DNA of 64,000 nt from Utricularia gibba (lineage: Eukaryota; Plantae; Magnoliophyta), in assembly GCA_002189035.1 (NCBI GenBank), contig NEEC01000011.1, positions 2,170,001 through 2,234,000 on the forward strand. Direction: 5' to 3'. The position numbers and the translations under genes were made by a program. Below the pieces are notes generated by a model, which saw only the letters and a program-made list of their open reading frames with translations, did no database searches and was not told the origin of the DNA. Each line of letters starts with the position of its first letter. Positions within the stretch are counted from its first letter, which is position 1. This document shows, one piece after another, positions 25,301-36,927 of this stretch.

Positions 25301-28300
25301 TCCGTTCTCCTCTCTCAACCTCTTTTATGTAACAATTTGGACAAGTGTACTCAGCCTGCCCACCATCATTTCTTCTACCGTTGAACAATGCACATATTTG
25401 ATGTTGCCAGGCCTCACACTTGTCACACTGAACCCACTGCAAATAGTAGATACATATTGAGGACCTCAAAAAACGAAATCTTTCACGAGCAATGTTTAGA
25501 GATGATTAAGCATAACATACCCATTCTTCAGTTTCTTCATCATTTTTCTTCTTCTCCAGCCTCGCCTTGGGGATAGAAGTTCCGTCTACTAGAATGCTAT
25601 CCCCACGGGTTTCATTGTAGCAGGGAATGCAAAGATAATGTCGGGTTTCACCAGCACCAAATGTATAATACATAGCATTCCTTTTTATGCGAGCACCACA
25701 AGGTGTGCAATATATAGGGGGTGGTTCAAAAGTGAGCTTTTCAACAGCACACAACTGACAAGAGTTTTCACTCATTGAATGCTCCATGGCTTGATTCTTT
25801 TCTGCCTTCACTTTACTCTGAATGGAGAACGCAGAAGGCATATTTCAGAAAAAAATGATTAAATCAAAAAATGGACATTCAAAGTTCAGCAAACACTGAC
25901 ACGGAGAAAAGGACCAACAGAATCCATCCATTTGAAAGAAACGTGAAAGGAATCTGGAAGTAAACTAGAAAATGAATGATTAGACTTGCCATTAAAAATT
26001 TGCAGATGCTGAAATAAAAAAAAAAAAAACTAACGGCTACATTTTAAAAAACATCTGCAAGGAGTATAAAATTCAGTGACTTCAAAGCACTCGCATACAT
26101 GAAGACTATGTGAAATAAAGACGACAAAACAAATTGCCGAATTGCATGACTAACCTGCCCCACCCACAGTCTGAGACCTGTAATATGTTGCCTCACTTGT
26201 TCAGGGGTAAATAACTCTGTTAGTGAGACACCTTTTATTTTTGGTTTCCCAGACTTGGATGTATTCTCAGCGGGTAATGGTATTTTAGAGTGCTCCAGTT
26301 CCTTGGCACTCTTACTGACCTCCACCATACCCAAAACAGAGGGATAGTTGACAAGGTAGAATCACCTTCTGACTTCTGGATGTAGGCATCTTCATTCTCG
26401 GCATTTTTCATCTCAACCATCTTTGAAATTGGATGAACAAGAATACCTCTAACTTCACTTTTTATTTCAGTGTTTTCAGGTTTCACAGAGATGAGAGTGC
26501 CACGATGCTGCGCATCCTGAATAGGGACTACATCTTCTGCAGGAGCCAGTCGGACAGAAGAGTTACCTTCAGCACTGATGAACTGGTGGGATGGTTCAAT
26601 TTTTAAGCGTTTAATTGAAGGCTGCAGATCTTCATGCGTCTCTACAATCACTGTATTTTTAGAAGATGGACGTCCTATACTGTCATTTGCCTCACATGAT
26701 GCTTGAGAACCATTGGCAGAACTAGGAAATCCAGATACCATGTCAGTTCGACCAAGTGCTTTTAAATGAGTCTTCTGCACAAAGTTCTTCACCGGGATGC
26801 AAACAGGACAACTCAAATCACAGCAGCGCCTGTGATGATTAATTAACAATCGAGTCATACAACAACGAGGATAGATGCACTGAAATGTATTGCAGTGCTC
26901 AATATGTTTCAAAAGTTTCTGAACCGTTATGCAGTTAAGCTCTTGGCATCTCCCTTCTGGGGCAGGACATCTCCGTGCATGCCGCAGAAACAATAGCCAT
27001 CTCTGTTGGTTTCTGTATTGCTGTTCCTGATTAATCTTTTTTGATCCTGTAAGATGGACGGTCGAGCTAGGGGGCACTACTAGTTGCGAAGATTCTGGCT
27101 GAAAAATTTTAGATTCCTCTGAGGATAAATTATTTGGTTGTGCTGCATCTTGGCCACCAAGGCTCTTATGAAATCCACTTTCGAGGCTTTGCTCATGATG
27201 AAACCCTCCCTGGGCATCAGATACATCTTGGGACCATTTTATGCCACCAGAAACAGTATCAAAATCATTCCGCAGAATAGGCTGCTGCGGATTCAAAATT
27301 TGTGCCATCAAATCAGATGTCTGAGATAGTGACGAACTGGCAGTTTGTCCAGCATTTAGATGGGACAGCAACTGATTAGATCTAGAACGGTCTTCAGTGG
27401 ACTTATTGTGGACCTGACTCTGAACATCAGGAAGCTGCATCTGATGAGATAAACGTGGATGCAGAGCTTCATTCGAATTTTCCATCACATGCCCCAACTT
27501 TGGGTGTGAAACTAGACTGGACGATAACTGAGATTGACTGATTGTGCCGCTCTTTATCATTGACTGACTTTGAGTTAGCAGTCTCTGTTGGGCCTGCTGT
27601 TGCACAAGCTGCTGGCTTTGCAAATGATGAGAAGAGTGTGGAAGCTGTTGCAGTTGATGAGGTGCTACAGGATTTTCTGAAACATGAAACTGTGACTGAT
27701 CCATTGACTGAGGCTTCAGTGAAGTCAATTGTTGCACACTCGACGGATTGCTGATACTCAGAGAGGAGCTCGATTTCTGTAGTGGTTGAATAGACATGGA
27801 ATTCAAGCTCTGGTTGTTTACCACTGATCCAACTAATGACACCGGAGGATAGAAGTTACCAGAAGCTGAGACATTAGCAACATCTATTCCAATTCCATCA
27901 CCTGATGGAGATGTAGGAAGGAAAAATCAAAAAATGAAAGAAATCAACAAATGCATGCAGGCCAATTTTGAATCTAAATGTATCCATAAACATAAGCAAT
28001 CAAACAACCTAAAAAAGCAAAAGAAGTACCATGCATTTCAGTGTGCTGATGTTGGTCAAAATGCTGATGAAATGATTGTGTGGAATTTCCATATACTGAT
28101 CCCGACATATGTGTCTCAGTAACACCTGCACCAGTCATCATAGGCACACTGCTACCCAACATTCCCAAACCCCCATTCAGTGGCCCACTTGATAAACCAT
28201 ACGGTTTCTGCTGCAATGTAGACCTGAATCCACCTCCAATATTTTGTAAAATGCGACTGTTTTGACTCAGTTGTTTTGGCTGCATGGGTGGAGGCAAAGA

Positions 28301-29485
28301 TTCAACAGCAGGAAATGAGCTAGCAATATTGCGTGACTCCATGATTACTTGGCTGTTATGATTGCTATTCAGGTTACTGTTGTCAGAGTTATTAAATCCA
28401 GGAGTAGGGATCATTTGGCTTGCCATTTTATGCATACCCATGGAAGTACCCATGTTACTTCTACCAGAATTTACAGCGAAAGCAGCAGAGGACGGTGGAA
28501 AAGCTCCTGGAAAACACAAGGTCATTGTATAAATGTACACTGAAAGAAAGCGACGAAGACAAGATCAAAAGGATTTATTTACCATCAGATGAAGAAAAAG
28601 AACTAGCATGCACATTCGTAGAAGGCCCATTTCCGGATGGCATGAAATTCCCATTCCCATAATTGTTTGTAGAAAATGCCATTGAGTTTGCACTATTACC
28701 AAGGACATGGGAGTTATCCAAAGAATGAGATACATTGGCAGTGGGAGTTGCGGTCTGTTGCAAACCGGGAGTTGGGATCATTGTTCCCATAGATGGAGAA
28801 GAACTAGGCTGAGCAAATTGTTGGTTCTGATTATTCATTGACCGCTTGAACAAAGCTTGCAAACGACTTTTTAAAGTTGCTTGATTCAAATATTCTTCCT
28901 GCGGAAAAGAATATCACCTAAGTCATGCAATGGGCTTAAATGATATAAAAAAATTCCAGTAGCAATAGACAATTTTTTAAAAGTAATGATGGATTCACTA
29001 AGAATATTTAAACGCACTCTTGTTCTGGCACTCTTGCATAAGGCTTCTTCCAGACGTTTAACCAGATCAAACACCTTTTTTTCTGGCCACTCACGAGATT
29101 GTTGATTCCCAAGCATAATGCATTCCCAGCTGCAAGAAAAACGAACTTAACAGCTAAAAAAACGTACTACTTTAAAGTTAAAAAATGTGATATCACATGG
29201 CGACAAAGTAATCTTTTTAAGGCCTAACATATCATTCATAATCAATGAAAGATCAATGAAATACAGAAAAATTGTATCATATTCCTCTTACATTTTTTCC
29301 CTCATAAAGGCACGGGCATCTGCATATTCTGGATCCATGTTTGGAACACTGGAATACATATTAGGATTCTGTATCTGGGTAGGTGCAGCATTTCCAGCTT
29401 GTGATGATGGCCCAGGCAGCGTTGCACCAGCTTGATTTGGCACTGGTCCAGGTAACTGCCCAGAAAGATGACTCTGCAGATTCAT
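22312..29485 (-). CDS. HAC1: CBP/p300-type histone acetyltransferase (HAC1/HAC12-like) with one apparent -1 frameshift near 26342
   Basis: Start [13 protein letters not shown]1 ([14 protein letters not shown]), [21 protein letters not shown] ([15 protein letters not shown]), HAT ([24 protein letters not shown]), ZZ ([12 protein letters not shown]) and TAZ2 (LLVHAAQC). Ends [21 protein letters not shown]. Confidence 0.95.
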
Positions 29486-30847
29486 TATGACTTGAGTGGT
29501 ATACGCGTGCACTTCATAGCAAAAAACCCGAGTTCCACCATGCAGACACAAAACCCATCACGATCTAATTGACCTAATGCTGCTTTAATTACGCAAACTT
29601 GGTCTGTGTACCTGTAAAAGCATAGCTGACAGAAACTTGAGTAGCAAGAAAACATGTGAGAAGACAGCATACTAACTAGACGAAAATCAAGAGTTCATCT
29701 CATACATACAAGGGACTTTTGATTCATAACAGATTAACTTGTCCTAATCCGAGGATGAAATTCAACAATCTAAAACTGTCTGACAACCAAGGAATCAAAG
29801 CCTTGACTAAATAAAAAAGCTTAACCAGGAAACCGAAGAAACAAATGCATTCCGTGGAACTTTTCATCATAATGTATAATTCCCAGTAAACGGGAATTGG
29901 AATGGATACTAATACTCCACAACATGTAATGTACTAAACAGAGGATCAGGACAAACCACAGGAATCTCTCTAATGAGGGGTAAACGAGAACGCATATCAC
30001 GATAATGGAGTTTCTCTCACTGTATGAATCAAGTGGGAAACTTGATTTAAACTCGCTCTGAGAACAAGGAAGTAACGGTCTAATCGTGATCGAATGCACA
30101 GCAACAAATTAACGATCAGAATCATGCATTCAAAACCGCGTATACCCAAAACGAGACAACCCGGCCAATAATCCTGAACGTTCTAGGGCTTCAACCAAAT
30201 TGGGCGAAATCTCGTTAGGCAACAAATTATGATCCAACTAGAAAAAACTGGTTCTTCAAATGGACTAGCATTACTAGAAATAATCAAAAATCAAGCGAAG
30301 CAATCACCCACCATTTGATAAGACAAAAGCAGAGATACCGGCGAAATCAGCGACGCGGGATCGAAGCCCAGCAAATAGAAAGATGTCAGAAAATTGTGGG
30401 TAGGCGGTGGCGCTAATGGCGCCGGCGAAGCTTCTTCCAACTTGATGAAGCATGCAAATTTGCAACGGGCGGAATGGACGAAAGACAGCAAGCGCGACAA
30501 ACTCTGAAGTGTTGCACTTGGAATTTTTGTCTTTTTCCTGAAAAAGTGAAAACCTTCACGAAAATAATTTATTCCACTGAACCATATAAATATTTCCACC
30601 GTCGTCTGAATCCAGCGCAGACCTCTGTATCCAGCGAAGGTCGTTCGCAAGCACGGTGATGTGCCACCGCTTCACATTGCAATTTTCCAGAACTTCCGGG
30701 GTGGATTTGCAATTTATCAAACTCAAAGGGTCTACACATAGCCCGTCCGGATTCCCAATCGCCAGTCGAAGCAGGATTCCACGAATTCCTTGAAGAACGA
30801 GAAACCCCAAAGCGAAGTAAGATCGGATTTGTGTAGGGATTGAGGGT

Positions 30848-32718
30848 ATGAAGAAGAGAGAGCGAGAAAATCCATGTGGGATTTGTGGGCACTACCATAA
30901 GTACGAGGAAGGGGAGGTGTGCGGGGTCTGCGGACATCTAAAAGCCGCGGATTCATCCGCGTCTGTGGCGCATGCCGGCGCTTTCGCGTCGGAGATTTTG
31001 CCAGAATTTCTCTACTTGGGTAGTTATGATAATGCCGCACGAGCTGAAATTCTCAAGACTCAGGGAATCTCCCGTGTACTCAATGTAATACCGTAGTTCC
31101 TTCTAATCATGTTTCCTTGATTTGATTGTTCCTATCTAGTCGTCCCCTCAAGTCCTCTTTTTTCTGTTTGGTTCATTTTGATGTATTTAAACTAGCCACC
31201 ATTTCAATAAGCTCCGCAAAAACTTGTTCTTGAGGATTCTTTTTGCCATGTCGTCATTGCTGGGAGTTTTGGAAACTATGCTCTCAAGCATTTAAATTGT
31301 ATGTGTTAGCTCCAGTAATTTTTTCATGGTCGCTCAAGCTTTGTGCATGTGTGTTGCTTGTATCTATTCTATGAACGTTAGGTAATTATTTCTTTGTCTT
31401 ATCTTGTGGGCAGGTTGTGCCTGCTTGCCAGAATTTGTACAAGAACTCCTTTACGTATCATTGTCTCCAGTACAGTCAAAAATTGCCGTTCGATGACGCA
31501 GTTCAGTTTCTTGGTATGTGATTCAAGAGTAATGCATCAGTTTCTTCCCTTTCAAGTCTCTTGCTTTGTTGAAGAACCGATCTAGTGTTTAGGGAATATG
31601 GGTTCTAGATAGTCTCGACACCCTAAAAAAGTATTCTCTTACTTTGTTTCGTGCTTTTAATTGTTCTTCACTTGAAATGTTCTGCAGACCGTGGTCTTGA
31701 GAATTTTTGTCTGTTATCTAGTCGCATTATGTTTGTGTTTAGCAACTATTTTATCTTACTTAGTATTCTTTGTTGCAGAAAAATGTGAGAAGGAGAGAGC
31801 CAAGGTTCTTGTCCACTGCATGACTGGAAAAAACAGGTGATTGGTTCATTCTTCTTATTCACCTGCTAGGTTGCTGGATATCTGTTATTGGGAGTTAACT
31901 TGGTTGAGAGTTTTGAGATCAATGCACGGGAAGAAAAGAACAATGTGGTCTTTGGTTTTTGTGGCTGTTTTGCATTCCAGGTCACCTGCTATCGTAATGG
32001 CATACTTGATGAAAAATAAAGGTTGGAAACTGGCACAGAGTTACCAGTGGGTAAAAGAGCGCAGACCTTTGATTGAGCTAAATGAAGGTTTGTACTACGC
32101 TTCTGCTCCAATACCTCGCATTCGAAAATCTGCTGGAGTTTGCAAAAACAGAAAACGGTGTTTGGTAGAAAAATCAGGCTTCCCTTCAGATTTCACTTTC
32201 CTCCTGCTCCAATACCTCACATGCTAAAATATGCTGGGGTTTTTGTAGCTGTAAATCTCAATAGCCTTCCTATTCGCAGACTGGTAATAGATTTTTGGTT
32301 GAAAAACTCTGGCTTTTTTCAGTTTGTGCAACTTTAAGGTGAATTAGATTTTAGCTTGTTTCCACTTTCCTTCTATGGCAATTGATTTTATTACCTCTAC
32401 TGGTTTTTTTTCATGGATTTCAGAGGTATACCAGCAATTACAGGAGTATGAGCAAACAGTATTCGGGTCATCCATGAACAATGGCATAGCCATGCCGAAT
32501 TCACCACTCATTAGCTTTGGCTTCTCAAGGCAAACTGATCCATCCATCCCCTCCCAGCTTTCAACGACACTGCTGCCTCATCAATATTTTCTCAAGTTCC
32601 ATTCAATCCTCCACCTCAGGGATTTGTTTTCGGAGCTGGGCAGCCTCTTCAGCTGAATCCTGGTGATTCTGCCGTGAATACAACGGTTCTTAATGATATT
32701 GCAATGGATGGTTCTTGA
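30848..32718 (+). CDS. IBR5: Dual-specificity / MAP kinase phosphatase IBR5-like, 5 exons
   Basis: N-terminus MKKRERENPCGICGHYHKYEEGEVCGVCGH, EILPEFLYLGSYDNA, catalytic VLVHCMTGKNRS split by an intron, and AYLMK..W.LAQSYQWVKERRP. Ends DIAMDGS*. Confidence 0.93.
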
Positions 32719-33115
32719 GCTCCCTGGCATTGGATTGCTGGAAGATGAAGATGCCCCGCGATAGCACTATTCATGCTGCTGCTTGGTCTGAGTTTTAGCG
32801 AATGAGACACAGAGAAATTGGGCTACTGTGTGTCGTAACAGTCAGTCTTAATGTAGATTTGTATCCGTTTTATACCATTTGTGCAGTTCATCACAGTTTG
32901 TTATTTGTGTGGGATGGATGAGACTCAGCATTTGTTAAATGTTAACTCCCCTATCGTATCACATCTGAAGTGAAAAAAAGATGCGACCAATTCATTCCCA
33001 GGTAAAAAGAATAAGAAAAACATAGGCAGCAGAGACAACAAAAAGTGTAGCCAAGAAACCAGGATGGTGTACTCTTCAATGTCTATTCATCAAATGAAGT
33101 CATGGTACCGACTAT

Positions 33116-34536
33116 CTACTGATCATGTTCAGAGGCTATCATGTTAGCATTCCTTACTGTAGTTCCATTGGTGTCCGGAGTGTTGTTTACTGGAGGTATT
33201 TGAGATGAGGGGGGAGAGGATTCCGCTCTCTGGTAAGTTGATACAATGATTTAGAATCCGAAAATGGATTAGATGTAACTAAGGATGATAGCACAGGGAA
33301 AGGTAATGCGATGAATGGGCTTACCTGCAATGAAGTTCTCTGCAATGTCTTCTCAGACGGGTGCTCGTACTTGTAGTTTGATCTGAATCTACAAGCTCTT
33401 ATTCCATGGCTTACCGGGCGTTGACATTCTGTGCGACAACATTGCTGAGGATGATAATATGCTGGTGCAGTGACAACAAAAGAAGCACAGGAAGGCCAAG
33501 ACTTACCCTGCTGATCAAAGATTCATTTAACACATAATAGGATTGAACTAGTTGAACCATCAATGCTGCTGAGTTTTAAATACTAACGATATACAATGAT
33601 GGTCGAGTTCAGAGGCCCCAAAGAATGAGATATTTGTATATAAGAACCAGAACCAACAACAAGGATTTGCACTTAAGAAACAACTACGTCAACCATGAAG
33701 AAGCATACCATATAAATGGAGGGTTGTTGAGCTGGATAGCCAAAGATCGGCATGTAGCTTTGCGTTTGTTGAAATGGAGAAGCAACGAAGTAAGCTGTGG
33801 CCAGCCATGATCCAGGGAGTCCGAGGGCCGGGTAGAAAACAGCAGGTGAAGAGGGTTGAGGATGATGGAACTTGCAAGCAAGCCCAAATTTACACATTCC
33901 AGTCTGCATATAAAAAGAACATGGCTCTGCATCCTGGAAACCACCAGAATTCAGCAATAGAGACTTATTTCTATGCTTCGATCAAGAAAAGAACATATGA
34001 CTGAAAAACAATCCACATGAAGTGAAGATTAAAAACCTGACGCAGTGGTAGGCCAAGATCATTCAGGCGTAGATCTAGTAGCCTTCTCTTTGGATGGTTA
34101 AACTTACAAAGAGCTCCAAATTTGCATGTACCGGTCCACATGTAATACTTCAGAATGACACAATCAATCAATGGAGGAATTTCAATTTATGGATGCCATA
34201 AAAAGGACATAAACCGGCGATAACATACCCGACAATCTGGTTCTTCAGCTCTTTCTGGGAAATCAGGAGCATATATAATGCCGTGACCCTATCCATCATC
34301 AACAGAAGCATGAGATTTGAAAAGTTCAATTCTGTATTTACAAAGATAGACAAGCCAAATGGCTAAACATCATTTACACGTAATGTGCCAGGGGGGTGAT
34401 TAAAATGGCAACTCATCCCGTAAGCACAAGTTCTTGTCCTCAAAAAGTAGGTGCAATCAGGTGCCCCAGGGCGCCTTGGATACAAACCCTTTGTTTGATT
34501 ACTGTCTGCAGAGTCATTTACACTTAATCCTCCCAT
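33116..34536 (-). CDS. CCCH tandem zinc-finger protein (ZFN/C3H-type); 5' end uncertain
   Basis: Three C-x8-C-x5-C-x3-H fingers: [12 protein letters not shown]...[30 protein letters not shown], and [22 protein letters not shown] degenerate fourth finger follows. Stop TAG at 33116-33118. Additional upstream exons (34790, 35091) are possible. Confidence 0.8.
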
Positions 34537-35563
34537 TTTCTCTGCAAATTTCATCAATTAATTAACCTTGAAAGATCAAGTAATCAAGAAACCAACCGAT
34601 AATAAACATAGAAGCATCCATCCAGAAGAAGATAGCCGTTCTTGTAAGACACAGGGCACTAAAATCAGTGATCAGATAACATGGAAGCTCCATACTAGAT
34701 CAGAAAACCAAAAACGAAAAAATGGCAATCACCATCACAAACCCACAAAGCACAACAAAAATCCCCAGTCCTCACTTGCAACACCTGCATCGATCGAACT
34801 CTTATCATTCATCGCTTCTCGATTCACTAGCGTGGGGTAGAAACTCAGAATGTGAAGAACTCCTCCGATGCGGTAGACTATACTTTTGAACTACAGAGAA
34901 GACACAAAAGTGAATAATGTTGACCCACCACACCAACTTACGTAAAAAAAGTCGTGATTACGTAATGAAACACCCATGTCCTTGGACTCTCTTCGTGATC
35001 CTGCAAGAAGCAAGGAGCACTTTCTTGGAGAATGACGCCGGATTTCCGGTTTCCCTCCCTCGTCGTCCACTGCCCTGGACTGCATTTCCACCTTCAGCGG
35101 AACTTTTCTTTTTTTCCGTCGCAGCAGTCAAAGGTTCAAAATTTCTCGATATTATTAAATAATATACATTGATTTTTCTCTATAAAATATTATTTAATTT
35201 TCTTGAAAATAGAATATAATGTTTTATTCATAAATTTACCTGAGTTATATGTGATTATTTAAAAAGGTAATATTTTGTAAAATAAAAAAACAAGAAAAGG
35301 ACATCGTCATTGTTGTATTAAAACATGGAATTGGAAAAAAACTTAGGATGTGTTAGATGATTCTTTTAAATTATTTTAATAAAGCTTTGATCGTAATGAT
35401 TCTTGAAAAAATCATTGAATTATGAATTTTCATGACGCAACACAAAATAATTTTGAAATTGTATGTTATGTATATTATGATTTAAAAGATAATTTTTATT
35501 TTATTTAAATTCAACATTTATTTAGAAGGAAATGGTGGAGCCTCCTTTCTTCCAATTGATCGT

Positions 35564-36927
35564 TCAACCATCCTGTTTGTCTCCTTTCTTCCCCGTGCAA
35601 ATTCTCAAGATCTCCTGCTGCAGTTCACCAAACGCTTTTTCTTGATCCATTTTCATCTTCTTGCTGAGTTCTGCAGCTCTTCGCCTGAGCCCTTCCCCTC
35701 TTTTCTCCAGAACTACCTCGCTGATGGCTTCAGCCACCGCTTCTCCATCAAAGTTACCGGAATCATCTCGCCGGATCTCGACTCCGATGCCCAGCTCCAC
35801 CAGCAGCTTAGAGTTCGCAGGCTGATCGACTTTCAACGGCAATGCGATGATGGGTTTGCCAAAGTAGACGCTTTCGTTTATAGAGCTCCACCCGCAGTGG
35901 GATATGAACGCTCCACGCTTGGATGTGCAAGAATTGCAGTCTGTGGTGCCCAATTCCTCACCACCATCCCTCGGGATTTCGTTCGCTCCAAGAACCCATC
36001 TTCTATCGGATCTTCGTTTCCGGGGTGTGATCTTGCAACCCATATGAAATTAACAGTGCTTAGCTCAAGCCCTCTTGCCATCTCCTCAGCTTGCTCCTTG
36101 GACAGGTAGTTTTCGCTTCCTAAAGAAACGTAAACAATGGAAGAAGGAGGTTTTTGATCCATGAACTCCAGAAAATGAGCATCAGCTGAGGTTTTTGCAC
36201 TCTCAGACACTACTGGGCCAACAGAGACAACCCTCTTTCTCATCAAGGTGGACATATGGTCCATATACTTCCCCTCCATGCTTCTGCAACTGTTAACCAA
36301 CACGATGTCGCTAGGAATTCTGGATAAAGAAGATAAGAGATCCGATTCCTCTTCCTCATCACCAGCTTTAAGCGAGGATGGTACCCTATCAAGCATATCC
36401 AACATCTTCCTCTTCTCAAACTCATGAAAACGGATACCTGGAAAGGGGAAAGTATCGAAATCCTTGTGGGTAGAAAGATGCTGAAAGAAGCCGTAAGCAG
36501 TGCAACTCGAAGTGTAGAACAAGAGGCTAGGGATTCCCTTGGAGATTGCAATTTTCGCAGACCAACCCTGGAACCCGTCATATATGACCAAATCGGGTTG
36601 CAGGGTGGCGATTATGTCGGAAAATTGAGGAATTGACATGGTGAGAGCTTGCATGAGAACAGGTATGAGATTGGGTGGGAGATTTTTGGTGGTGTGCAAA
36701 CGCGGAGGAAGTTGAGGCGATTCTGGGAGATGAAGTTGAACTAGTTCAATCGGAAAATCCTCTGGTTCGCTCTTCAGAGACTCTGAAACTGAATCCAGAA
36801 TTACAGGTGTGGAACAGAGGTATGTACGGAAATTTCTCCGGGAGAGAACCCTAGCGAGTTGAAGAAATGCGGATACATGGCCATGGGCGAGAAACGGGAA
36901 GAGCAAGACTCTGGGTTTCTCAGACAT
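35564..36927 (-). CDS. UDP-glycosyltransferase, UGT94-like (sugar-sugar glycosyltransferase type), with -1 frameshift in the PSPG box at 35913-35914
   Basis: N-terminal FPFLAHGH and YLCSTP. The PSPG box WAPQTAILAHPSV[G]AFISHCGWSSINESVYFGKPIIALPLKVDQ is split across ORFs 35878-36927 and 35564-36043. No intron. Confidence 0.9.
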
